Positions 9,771-17,474 of a stretch of 32,000 nucleotides of DNA are shown here, piece after piece. The notes under the pieces were generated by a model that had not been told where the DNA came from, did not search any database, and worked only from the letters and a program-made list of their open reading frames with translations. Origin of the DNA: Breznakia sp. PF5-3 (GTDB taxonomy: Bacteria > Bacillota_I > Bacilli_A > Erysipelotrichales > Erysipelotrichaceae); the NCBI RefSeq assembly GCF_029504745.1, contig NZ_JAQFIQ010000006.1, forward strand, positions 30,001 to 62,000, given 5' to 3'. The stretch's first letter is position 1; each line of letters begins with the position of its first letter. The translations under genes were made by a program, and so were the position numbers.

Positions 9771-10478
9771 ATGAAAGCAAAAACTATATCAACAAACGCA
9801 TTTAACAAACCATTATTTGAGAAAGACCTTGATTATGCATATCATACAAAAAAATACGTATATGATATAAAACAGCATTTCGGTAAAAATTTAAATAATG
9901 CAATTTATGTTACTTTATATCGATATCTATTGGATCTCTCACTGCATTCAAAAAAATCCCATGAAAATAGACGTTCTACTTTATGGTTAGTATCTACCTA
10001 TTTTAACGAAGAATTTTTAGTTGCTCAAACTATCATTCATGATTTAAACAAACACGTACACTGCTTAAATACATACCATAGTAGTGAAATTGCTTTATTG
10101 ATTATAGCTTCAAAATTTCATCTTTCGCCATCACAAATCTATATCATGATCGATATCATTTCAGAAATCACCAAAATAGTTAAATACTATTTTATGTATC
10201 CTATGGATATTCACTCACCTACTACCCATAGCTTTTTAGAACACATCAAATTACTGTCTTATCGTATCGTAATAAACAAATACGATAATAGCAATATTGT
10301 CGACATGTTAGATGTCTTCAAAGCAAAGTATATCCTTGCTTTTCAAGGTAGTGAAAAAGTAGCATCTTTTATCCAAAAAAAATATCGATTCACACTAACA
10401 AAAACAGAAAAGACTTTCTTAGCAATACACATTCAAACAATGATTTATAAATCTGAACACCAAAAAACCGACTTTTAG
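9771..10478 (+). CDS. PRD-domain-like protein lacking an RNA-binding CAT domain
   Basis: Start at ATG 9771 behind GAAAGGAGG. Helical repeats with PRD-like signatures (SSEIALLIIASKF, FLEHIKLLSYRIVINKYDN, EKTFLAIHIQTMI). The assignment is tentative. Confidence 0.4.
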   Translation: MKAKTISTNAFNKPLFEKDLDYAYHTKKYVYDIKQHFGKNLNNAIYVTLYRYLLDLSLHSKKSHENRRSTLWLVSTYFNEEFLVAQTIIHDLNKHVHCLNTYHSSEIALLIIASKFHLSPSQIYIMIDIISEITKIVKYYFMYPMDIHSPTTHSFLEHIKLLSYRIVINKYDNSNIVDMLDVFKAKYILAFQGSEKVASFIQKKYRFTLTKTEKTFLAIHIQTMIYKSEHQKTDF

Positions 10479-10491
10479 CTTTAAGTCGGTT
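10466..10491 (-). terminator. Terminator hairpin for the aldose-epimerase gene, overlapping the PRD gene stop
   Basis: AACCGACTT pairs with AAGTCGGTT. The U-run is on the minus-strand side (TTTTTTGG). Confidence 0.55.
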
Positions 10492-10503
10492 TCACTTTGT
10501 CTT

Positions 10504-11364
10504 TTATAAAACTTCAATACTATATGATGTAGTAAAGGTTTCACCAGCAGTTAAATTCATCATTCCTTCACGTTTAGCAAATGGAAGATCTACCTTTTCA
10601 AAATCACCATGTGAATACCAAGGTTCAATACAAACAAAAGGCGCTCCTTGCGTTGGACTCCATAAAGCTAGTAGTGGAAACTTATCCATGGTTACTTTCA
10701 CTTCATGCTTTGGCCCTTTCAAAGTCACATATGAACTTTTCATACCTTTATAAATAAGAGTTAAATATTTTTCAAACATTGCATAGTCCATAGGTATAGA
10801 TTTCAAACTTACTTCCGTATACGTATGAGGAACCTTTTTATTTGGGTCAAATATCAATTGTTGAAGTTTTTCCTCTTTTTCAAATACAATTTGATAATCT
10901 TCAAATTTTTCATCTTTTTCTAATGGACAGCGAAATCCTGGATGTAATCCAAAGGTAAAGGGCATCGTTACTTGATCATTATTCGTAATTGCATAATAAA
11001 TCTCAATTTTATTATCTACTAATTTATATGTAATCTTATATGTGAAATCAAATGGATATACTTTTTTTGTTTCTTGATTTGCATATAAGGCAAAAGAAAT
11101 CATCGTATCACTTTGCTCAACACATTGTAAATCTGCATAACGAATCAATCCATGATTTTTAAAGGTGTATGTTTTACCATCAACCTCATAAGTTCCATTA
11201 TATGTATTTCCGACAATTGGAAACAACGTTGGATTCTTACCAGACCAATATTTTTCATCTCCCTGCCACAGATATTCAATACCTGTTTCTTTATCCTTAA
11301 ACGATGTCATTTCACCACCTAAAGTGGTAAATTCAACTTCAAAACGATTATTAAATATTTTCAT
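10504..11364 (-). CDS. Aldose 1-epimerase family protein (LacX-like)
   Basis: 286 aa. Contains GGEMTSFKDKETGIEYLWQGDEKYWSGKNPTLFPIVGN and GLHPGF, with a beta-sandwich mutarotase pattern. Confidence 0.8.
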   Translation of the reverse strand: MKIFNNRFEVEFTTLGGEMTSFKDKETGIEYLWQGDEKYWSGKNPTLFPIVGNTYNGTYEVDGKTYTFKNHGLIRYADLQCVEQSDTMISFALYANQETKKVYPFDFTYKITYKLVDNKIEIYYAITNNDQVTMPFTFGLHPGFRCPLEKDEKFEDYQIVFEKEEKLQQLIFDPNKKVPHTYTEVSLKSIPMDYAMFEKYLTLIYKGMKSSYVTLKGPKHEVKVTMDKFPLLALWSPTQGAPFVCIEPWYSHGDFEKVDLPFAKREGMMNLTAGETFTTSYSIEVL

Positions 11365-11429
11365 ATTACTCCCTCTTTCTTCCTTTATTTTATCATAAAA
11401 TAACCATTTGTATCAGCAAAGTCATTCGC

Positions 11430-11458
11430 TTGACACATTACTTAAAAGAATATATCAT
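11430..11458 (+). promoter_or_regulatory. Sigma-A type promoter with no ORF downstream
   Basis: TTGACA (11430-11435), 17 nt spacer, TATCAT (11453-11458). Confidence 0.5.
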
Positions 11459-11462
11459 ATAA

Positions 11463-11545
11463 GTGTAAAGTGAAGTGTAAATATCCCTTTCCTATCTTCC
11501 TACTTCACTTTACACCCTAAAAAAAGGACGTAAGTCCTTTTTTTA
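11463..11545 (+). ncRNA. Candidate small RNA: 14-bp stem with CU-rich loop plus terminator
   Basis: GTGTAAAGTGAAGT (11463-11476) pairs perfectly with ACTTCACTTTACAC (11502-11515). The 25-nt loop reads GTAAATATCCCTTTCCTATCTTCCT. It is followed by AAGGAC-GTAA-GTCCTT and T7. No ORF. Confidence 0.35.
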
Positions 11546-11607
11546 GTTTCAACTACTATTCAAATGGTGTTCACAAAACCAACACACAAGCAAACTATAC
11601 TATAAGC

Positions 11608-11699
11608 AGTTAGATAAGTTTCTTTCTCTCTCCCTAAAATAATCTTTTCTTCTTATCTAACTTTTCCCTCAAAAAAAAGATTCAATTGAATCTTTTTTT
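11608..11699 (+). ncRNA. Second hairpin with CU-rich loop plus bidirectional terminator (candidate sRNA or 3' structure)
   Basis: AGTTAGATAAG (11608-11618) pairs with CTTATCTAACT (11652-11662). The loop reads TTTCTTTCTCTCTCCCTAAAATAATCTTTTCTT. It is followed by A8-AAGATTCAATTGAATCTT-T7 (11671-11699). Confidence 0.25.
11671..11699 (-). terminator. Terminator of the nuclease operon (bidirectional design)
   Basis: Palindrome AAGATTCAATTGAATCTT flanked by an A-run and a T-run, immediately after the stop at 11698-11700. Confidence 0.75.
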
Positions 11700-12285
11700 A
11701 TATTCTTTTCTTCAATTCCTTAGAAAGCCTATTTAGGCTTCTTTTTTTGCCTTTTTGCTTAAATAAAACAACAAGAATCATTAACACAATTATTCCTGCA
11801 ATAGTAATATAATACCATGGATCATCTTCTTCATCACTCCACATATTTAGTTTTTGCTTTTTCGCAACCGCTTCTTTTTCATAAAGCATATCTGTATAAG
11901 CATAATCACCATAAATGTATTTGACTTCTGCCAACCCTTCTTCTACCAATTCTTCCTGTAATAATTCCCCATCTACAAACACCCAAGCGAGAAGACGATC
12001 ATATTTATCTCGTTTATTACTTGGTTCATACTCCAAACTAATTGCTTCTGCTGCTTCTAATTTATCGCAAACATAAGCACTGGATTCTTTACCATAACGC
12101 TCCTTTTTTTTCGTATATTCAGGTGCATTAATCGCTAGAAAACGTACTTTTTCTTCTTTTCCATTCACAAGAAAAGCAGCTGTATCGCCATCAATACACC
12201 TACTTAATGAAACAGTTTCTTGATCATTTGCTTGAATATTGGTTGTCATCATCAACAAACAACAAATACATATTAATTTTCTCAT
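11698..12285 (-). CDS. Thermonuclease (staphylococcal nuclease, SNase) family protein with signal peptide and C-terminal TM anchor
   Basis: Contains RCIDGDTAAFLVNGKEEKVRFLAINAPE and DKYDRLLAWVF. N-terminal signal MRKLICICCLLMMTTNIQA. C-terminal segment YYITIAGIIVLMILVVLF followed by KQKGKKR. Confidence 0.85.
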   Translation of the reverse strand: MRKLICICCLLMMTTNIQANDQETVSLSRCIDGDTAAFLVNGKEEKVRFLAINAPEYTKKKERYGKESSAYVCDKLEAAEAISLEYEPSNKRDKYDRLLAWVFVDGELLQEELVEEGLAEVKYIYGDYAYTDMLYEKEAVAKKQKLNMWSDEEDDPWYYITIAGIIVLMILVVLFKQKGKKRSLNRLSKELKKRI

Positions 12286-12857
12286 TTTAACTTCTCAAAC
12301 AGCTCCTCATAAATCTTTTGTAGTTCTTCTTGTTCTTTATCCGTCATTTTTCTTTCAGTAGCATCATGATCATCCAATGTCCCCATATGGTGTGCAACAA
12401 TTTTACCTTCTTTGATTATAATAACCTCCGGCACATATAAATATGTTTCACCATCATTTTCATCTAATCCATATGCTTTATCCAACAATTTAGTTGTCTC
12501 TTTTAGCCACTCAGGATGTGCTTCATTTGCTTCACTTTTTTTATTTACATAATAGATATTAGTTTCTTGTGCTTTGGCTACCTCATTCATGATTGGAACT
12601 GCTTCAATACACCAAGGGCATGTTGCATATCCAAAATAAATAATTCCTGAAAACTCTTTATCTTTTATAAACGTGTTTGCTTCATCAAACGTAACCTCTA
12701 AAAAGACATGATCACCATCCATGAAATTATCATATCCTTCCATATCTGCTTTCTCACAATCTACTCCACAAACATTCGTATTTTCTTTTTCTTTATTGTC
12801 ATTACACCCTGCTAGCAATAAACAAATGCCAAACAATACAATTCCTATTTTTTTCAT
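12282..12857 (-). CDS. Thioredoxin-fold lipoprotein (CPWC active site)
   Basis: Lipobox LLLAGC. Redox motif YATCPWC. Its stop overlaps the nuclease start (ATGA). Confidence 0.75.
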   Translation of the reverse strand: MKKIGIVLFGICLLLAGCNDNKEKENTNVCGVDCEKADMEGYDNFMDGDHVFLEVTFDEANTFIKDKEFSGIIYFGYATCPWCIEAVPIMNEVAKAQETNIYYVNKKSEANEAHPEWLKETTKLLDKAYGLDENDGETYLYVPEVIIIKEGKIVAHHMGTLDDHDATERKMTDKEQEELQKIYEELFEKLK

Positions 12858-14029
12858 TTTAAATCTCCTGAATCATTTACAATTACTTTAATATCTTTTT
12901 TCTTTAATCGATTATCAATATACTCGCCAAATAATTCATATGCCAAGGCAGTACATGGTACAGCTAATAACATACCAGCTACACCAAATAAATCACCTAA
13001 AACGAAGATTGATAAAAGAACCCAAATTCCTGGCAAGCCAATACTTTTCCCAACAATCTTTGGATATATGATTTGACTTTCTAAATTCGACAGAATTTGG
13101 AAAATCACAATAAACCATATCCCTTGCAATGGATCAAAAGCAAAAATCAAAACAAAATCTATCAACATTGCAAATATTGGACCAAAAACAGGAACGATAC
13201 TACATACCGTAATCGTCGTTGCCAATAATTCTGGGAGTGGGAAGTCAAGAATGATAAATACAATATAGAACATAATTCCCTTGATTGCACAATCAACCAA
13301 TTGACCACCAACAAATTTTGTAAACATGTAATTCGCTTTTTCACCAATTCGGAAAATCTTATGACTATGTTTTAAATTAAAGCAAGCCAAAATCACCTTA
13401 CGAATTTGATAAATAAATTTTTCTTTTCCTGCCAATAAATAAATGCTCAAACAAAAAGCTAAGAACCATTGGAAGAAAGCATTCGTAAACTCCATCGCAT
13501 TCCTTATCACACCAGCTGTAATATCCCCAAAGAATGTAATACCTTTTTCAAATATTTGCTGCCATGACATATCTTGTAATTCCTTTATATATGCAATATC
13601 TTGCAAACGGAAATTAATATTAAAATCATCAAATATTTTATTCACAGAACGAATCCACGAATTTACAAGTTGTGGGAATCCTTTGAATACTTCAACCATA
13701 CTTTCTGAAACCTTTGGAATAATAATCATCACCAATAAATATAAAAGAATTGTCGCAAAAATTAAGGTCAACAAAATAGAAATTGTTCGAATGAACCGTA
13801 AGAGAAATTTATTATTTCGCAATATTTTATTTAACCCCTGTTCAATTCTTCGCATTGGGATATTCAATACAAATGCAATTGCGATTGCATAAAAAAGTGG
13901 TTTTAAAAGCCCTAAGATAAGCATTGTATAATCAATGATTACTTTATAATTCAACATTACGGCTAATAAAACAATAACATATGTACAAACAAAAATTATA
14001 TTTTTATTTTCACTTAAAAATTTTTTCAT
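12854..14029 (-). CDS. AI-2E family transporter (PerM/YhhT-like)
   Basis: 391 aa with ~8 TM segments. C-terminal GLPGIWVLLSIFVLGDLFGVAGMLLAVP is typical of the family. 4-nt overlap with the next gene. Confidence 0.8.
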   Translation of the reverse strand: MKKFLSENKNIIFVCTYVIVLLAVMLNYKVIIDYTMLILGLLKPLFYAIAIAFVLNIPMRRIEQGLNKILRNNKFLLRFIRTISILLTLIFATILLYLLVMIIIPKVSESMVEVFKGFPQLVNSWIRSVNKIFDDFNINFRLQDIAYIKELQDMSWQQIFEKGITFFGDITAGVIRNAMEFTNAFFQWFLAFCLSIYLLAGKEKFIYQIRKVILACFNLKHSHKIFRIGEKANYMFTKFVGGQLVDCAIKGIMFYIVFIILDFPLPELLATTITVCSIVPVFGPIFAMLIDFVLIFAFDPLQGIWFIVIFQILSNLESQIIYPKIVGKSIGLPGIWVLLSIFVLGDLFGVAGMLLAVPCTALAYELFGEYIDNRLKKKDIKVIVNDSGDLK

Positions 14030-14080
14030 TCCATACCTCTTTATATATTTATTATATATGTTTTTCTTCTATTATGAAAC

Positions 14081-15193
14081 CTATTTCATCATTCGATTAT
14101 TAATCACTGCAATTGGTTTTCCGTTTTCTTTAATTACTTTCGTAATTCGATCATTCAATAAACATAGCACTTCATAAGAAAGCATATCTAATTCTTTCGC
14201 TACCTTTACTAAAGGTATATGTTCCCCAATGATTTCCACCTTTTCACCAATAGGATACATCTGATCAACCATAATCATCATCTGATCCATGCAAATTCGA
14301 CCAACGATTTCATATGGATGTGTATCTATACATACAAAACGTCCTTGATTTTTCCTAATAAATCCATCCCCATAACCAATTGGTAATGTAGCGATAATAC
14401 AATCTTTATAACATTCATAGGTAGCTCCATAACTAATGGTTTCACCTTTCTTTACTTCTTTAATATGCGTAATTGTTGAGTAGAGAGATAATACTGGCTT
14501 TAACAATTCCTTACTATCTACACTCTTGATTCCATATAAGGCTAATCCTACTCTTACTGCATTGCTACGCTTATCTACAACCGATAAACTAGCATCGCTA
14601 TTCGCCGTATGAATCCATAAGAAATCATGCGCTAAACAATCAACAATATTATAAAACCAATTCATTTGAATTTCACAAGCAGTTTTATCTTTATTATCAG
14701 CACTATGAAAATGTGTATAAATCCCTTCTACTTGAATTTTTAATACCAAGAGCTTTGCTAAAGCTGCTTGTACTTCATCTACTTTTTTAAAACCTATTCG
14801 ATTCATACCTGTATCCACTTTTATATGTACACGTAATTTCTCAAAATCTAGTTTTAACGTCTCTAGCTTTTCAATCCACGATAAAGAAAACACGCTGATT
14901 GTTAGATCTTGTTCAATCACTTGCGCAACACAATCATGATCAATATATCCAAGAATTAAAATATCACTATGAAATCCCTGGTGACGTAAAGAAAGTGCTT
15001 CATCAAAAGAAGAAACACATACATATGGGCAACCATTTTCTACAGCCGTCTTGGCAATATAATAATCACCATGTGAATATGCATTTGCTTTACATACACA
15101 AAAAACTTTCTTCCGTGTATGCTTTTGCATTGTCTCAATATTATCTTTAAAGTTATCTAAATCGATTTCACTATATGTTCCACGATATATCAT
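14081..15193 (-). CDS. alr: Alanine racemase
   Basis: Contains VCKANAYSHG (PLP-lysine motif), DTGMNRIG and YGDG. Start placed at ATG 15193 (MIYRGTYSEIDL) behind AGGTG. A GTG at 15202 is the alternative. Confidence 0.9.
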   Translation of the reverse strand: MIYRGTYSEIDLDNFKDNIETMQKHTRKKVFCVCKANAYSHGDYYIAKTAVENGCPYVCVSSFDEALSLRHQGFHSDILILGYIDHDCVAQVIEQDLTISVFSLSWIEKLETLKLDFEKLRVHIKVDTGMNRIGFKKVDEVQAALAKLLVLKIQVEGIYTHFHSADNKDKTACEIQMNWFYNIVDCLAHDFLWIHTANSDASLSVVDKRSNAVRVGLALYGIKSVDSKELLKPVLSLYSTITHIKEVKKGETISYGATYECYKDCIIATLPIGYGDGFIRKNQGRFVCIDTHPYEIVGRICMDQMMIMVDQMYPIGEKVEIIGEHIPLVKVAKELDMLSYEVLCLLNDRITKVIKENGKPIAVINNRMMK

Positions 15194-15202
15194 AGATAAC
15201 AC

Positions 15203-15628
15203 CTATACAATTTTAGCCATATAATATGAAATATACCCTGCATAAACAATCATTATCAAATGAATCATTCCCATCACATCCAATTGAAATAAACTACGGA
15301 ATGTACTTTCTATACTATATGGTAAATAGTTAAGTGAAAAAACTGATAGCTGGTGTGTAAATGCAACAAAATCTCCTAAGAACACACATAAAATAAAACA
15401 AGCTACACTTAAAATTGAAAACTTTTTATCAACACCACGTCCAAAGTATTTAATTGCATAACCAATTGCATATCCTGCAGCAATATAAAGCAAAGAATAG
15501 TACCATCCTGTCCCAGAAGTGATAAGCCCTATCACAATTGCACATAAAATCGCTGTGATAACGCCTGCTGCTACTGCAACTGGGAAACGTTGCTTATTTC
15601 TTAAATTATTAGGATTAAAAATATTCAT
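15203..15628 (-). CDS. Small integral membrane protein (4 TM), function unknown
   Basis: 141 aa and hydrophobic. Its stop abuts alr. Confidence 0.5.
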   Translation of the reverse strand: MNIFNPNNLRNKQRFPVAVAAGVITAILCAIVIGLITSGTGWYYSLLYIAAGYAIGYAIKYFGRGVDKKFSILSVACFILCVFLGDFVAFTHQLSVFSLNYLPYSIESTFRSLFQLDVMGMIHLIMIVYAGYISYYMAKIV

Positions 15629-15793
15629 AATCTACCTCCACTAATAAGTAGTATAGCATAAAAGAAAAACAATTGAAAAATTTCCAAAGCAAAATTCATT
15701 ACAAAAATATTCAACAGTTTTCCTTATTAATAATACACAAAAAATGATGTTTAAATTTTTCTGAATAATTTCCAAGAAATATTCAAAAAATGG

Positions 15794-15822
15794 TTGACAT
15801 CATTTTCTACAAATGATAGTAT
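15794..15822 (+). promoter_or_regulatory. Promoter of the tRNA cluster
   Basis: TTGACA (15794-15799), 17 nt spacer, TAGTAT. Located ~40 nt upstream of tRNA-Val. Confidence 0.6.
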
Positions 15823-15862
15823 ATAAAGGCGCTGGATAATATATCCACCAAGAAAATAACAC

Positions 15863-15938
15863 GGAGGTTTAGCTCAGTTGGGAGAGCATCTGCCTTACAA
15901 GCAGAGGGTCAGCGGTTCGAGCCCGTTAACCTCCACCA
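15863..15938 (+). tRNA. tRNA-Val (anticodon TAC), CCA encoded
   Basis: Cloverleaf folded by hand. Acceptor GGAGGTT/AACCTCC, anticodon loop CTTACAA, T-loop TTCGAGC. Confidence 0.95.
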
Positions 15939-15942
15939 TTAT

Positions 15943-16019
<77 letters not shown>

Positions 16020-16029
16020 TTTTTTTTGT

Positions 16030-16113
16030 GGGGGGGTAGCGAAGTGGCTAAACGCGGCTGACTGTAACTCAGTTCCTTAGGGTTCGACAGTTCGAATCTG
16101 TCCCCCCCCACCA
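16030..16113 (+). tRNA. tRNA-Tyr (anticodon GTA), long variable arm, CCA encoded
   Basis: Acceptor G7/C7, anticodon loop CTGTAAC, extra arm, T-loop TTCGAAT. Confidence 0.9.
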
Positions 16114-16122
16114 TTACTTTCT

Positions 16123-16198
16123 TGGGGTATAGCCAAGCGGTAAGGCACCAGACTTTGACTCTGGCATTTCACTGGTTCGAATCCAGTTACCCCAGCCA
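16123..16198 (+). tRNA. tRNA-Gln (anticodon TTG), CCA encoded
   Basis: Acceptor TGGGGTA/TACCCCA. Anticodon stem CCAGA/TCTGG with loop CTTTGAC. Confidence 0.95.
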
Positions 16199-16211
16199 AT
16201 TTCTTATATGT

Positions 16212-16287
16212 GACCCGTTAGCTCAGATGGTAGAGCATTTGACTTTTAATCAAAGGGTCGGGCGTTCGAATCGCCCACGGGTCACCA
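16212..16287 (+). tRNA. tRNA-Lys (anticodon TTT), CCA encoded
   Basis: Acceptor GACCCGT/ACGGGTC, anticodon loop CTTTTAA. Confidence 0.95.
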
Positions 16288-16300
16288 TTTATTTATTTTT

Positions 16301-16374
16301 GCGGGTGTAGTTTAATGGTAGAACTTCAGCCTTCCAAGCTGACTACGTGAGTTCGATTCTCATCACCCGCTCCA
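16301..16374 (+). tRNA. tRNA-Gly (anticodon TCC), CCA encoded
   Basis: Acceptor GCGGGTG/CACCCGC, anticodon loop CTTCCAA. Confidence 0.95.
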
Positions 16375-16388
16375 AATGTAAAACAAAA

Positions 16389-16418
16389 ACTTAACACTCA
16401 AATGTGTTAAGTTTTTTT
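16389..16418 (+). terminator. Terminator of the tRNA cluster
   Basis: ACTTAACAC pairs with GTGTTAAGT, followed by T7. Confidence 0.8.
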
Positions 16419-16591
16419 ATGCTTTTTAGAATACTTAATGATGACATTTATGATCATCACCATGATGGTTACATGGAAACATCCGTGCTATATATATTAA
16501 TGAATGAGATAAAAGCTTTTGCACTACTTCATCTGTTTTTCCTTGCACACTTCTATATATGGCTATATTGTTTTCCATTAATATTTCTCTT
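16400..16591. repeat. Direct repeat copy A (~190 bp), homologous to 19814-20002
   Basis: Aligned by eye: about 15 substitutions plus a 1-nt and a 2-nt indel, roughly 90% identity. It covers the right arm of the tRNA terminator and the 3' end of a NifX-like ORF. Confidence 0.85.
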
Positions 16592-16640
16592 AATATGATC
16601 AAGAAATCATAAACATCTCCTATTCTTATATTATTCAATG
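16435..16640 (-). pseudogene. Truncated remnant of a NifX/NifB-family gene (paralogue of 19849-20208)
   Basis: The C-terminus REILMENNIAIYRSVQGKTDEVVQKLLSHSLIY...CNHHGDDHKCHH matches REILKENNIAIYGSVQGKVDEVVQKFLSHSLIY...CNHHGDDHKCHH of the full-length gene. The N-terminal ~70 codons are missing. Upstream TCTCCT...ATTCAATGCTTA resembles the RBS/intergenic sequence at 20210-20245, implying an internal deletion. Confidence 0.8.
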
Positions 16641-16648
16641 CTTAAAAC

Positions 16649-17458
16649 TTACTTTTCGAATTTTTGTAATTCTTCATAAGCGATATCAATATAATAATAT
16701 CCACCATTTGCTGAAGAATAACCATTATATACCAAGAGTAAAAGTGAATCTTTTTTAAAATAAGAATATACAGGTTGATCTACATCATTATAATTCTTAT
16801 AAAATGCTGTATCTGCATTTTTTAAAGCATACAAAAGATTATCCCCATACTCATTCATAAAGTCCTCTCTTGCTCCACTCTCCTTAGTTAGAAATCTTGA
16901 TTTGTCAAAAACAAAGTCAACTAACTCTTGATCTATATTATAGACATCTTTCAAACACAACCTTTCACCTGTGGCTAAATTATAATTCAAACTAAATGTA
17001 GGATGCCCTGAAACATTTCTATCGACTATTTCTACTGCTGTAAATTTTATACTGAAAATCTTTCCACGCATATTCCATTCATAATCTATACCAAGAGAAA
17101 TATTATCTTTTTTATAAAGTTCATTTCCATTTATATCAGCTAAAAGTAACATTTCTATTTCATTATTAATTTTATTCTCAATATCTTTATTGTGTAATTG
17201 ATTAATACTAGGGTATTTTATGTTAATTGTAGGTTCATCTGTATATATACTCAAAATTTCATTAACATAAATGACCTCATTAATACCAATATCATTATAA
17301 GCATCAGAATATAAAATATGATCACTATTTTTTTGCGTGTTTTTATCTTTTATAACTGGATTATTTTCCGTAGTTTCTTTTTTATTAGTATTAACACACC
17401 CCACAAAAAAACAACAAGACATAAGTATTAAAATTATAATCTTAATATTTTCTTTCAT
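16649..17458 (-). CDS. Lipoprotein with DUF4163/DUF3298-like (RsiV-like) ectodomain; predicted immunity protein for the upstream toxin
   Basis: Start set at ATG 17458 (MKENIKIIILILMSCCFFVGC, lipobox-like FVGC) behind AAGAGGA, 17 nt after the toxin stop. Motifs: INIKYPSINQLHNKDIENKINNEIE (DUF4163-like), SGHPTFSLNYNLATGERLCLKDVY and LLLLVYNGYSSANGGYYYIDIAYEEL (DUF3298-like). Confidence 0.6.
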   Translation of the reverse strand: MKENIKIIILILMSCCFFVGCVNTNKKETTENNPVIKDKNTQKNSDHILYSDAYNDIGINEVIYVNEILSIYTDEPTINIKYPSINQLHNKDIENKINNEIEMLLLADINGNELYKKDNISLGIDYEWNMRGKIFSIKFTAVEIVDRNVSGHPTFSLNYNLATGERLCLKDVYNIDQELVDFVFDKSRFLTKESGAREDFMNEYGDNLLYALKNADTAFYKNYNDVDQPVYSYFKKDSLLLLVYNGYSSANGGYYYIDIAYEELQKFEK

Positions 17459-17474
17459 TTTTATCCTCTTTTCT

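Noticed and set aside
13443-13892. 149-aa ORF antisense to the AI-2E transporter, and similar shadow ORFs (1864-2055, 2149-2418, 2716-2910, 3359-3568, 5535-5940, 7110-7391, 7897-8238, 9302-9505, 13162-13347, 14899-15150, 17337-17525, 17639-17824, 18091-18384, 18804-18986, 21031-21562, 21904-22113, 22270-22598, 24389-24604, 25307-25745, 27755-27943, 31608-31835)
   Set aside because: All are nested in, or antisense to, longer ORFs with clear family signatures. They have low-complexity F/L/I/S-rich translations typical of AT-rich antisense frames, and no RBS.
16122-16310. 62-aa plus-strand ORF in the track
   Set aside because: It lies entirely across tRNA-Gln and tRNA-Lys. This is a translation artefact of GC-richer structured RNA genes.
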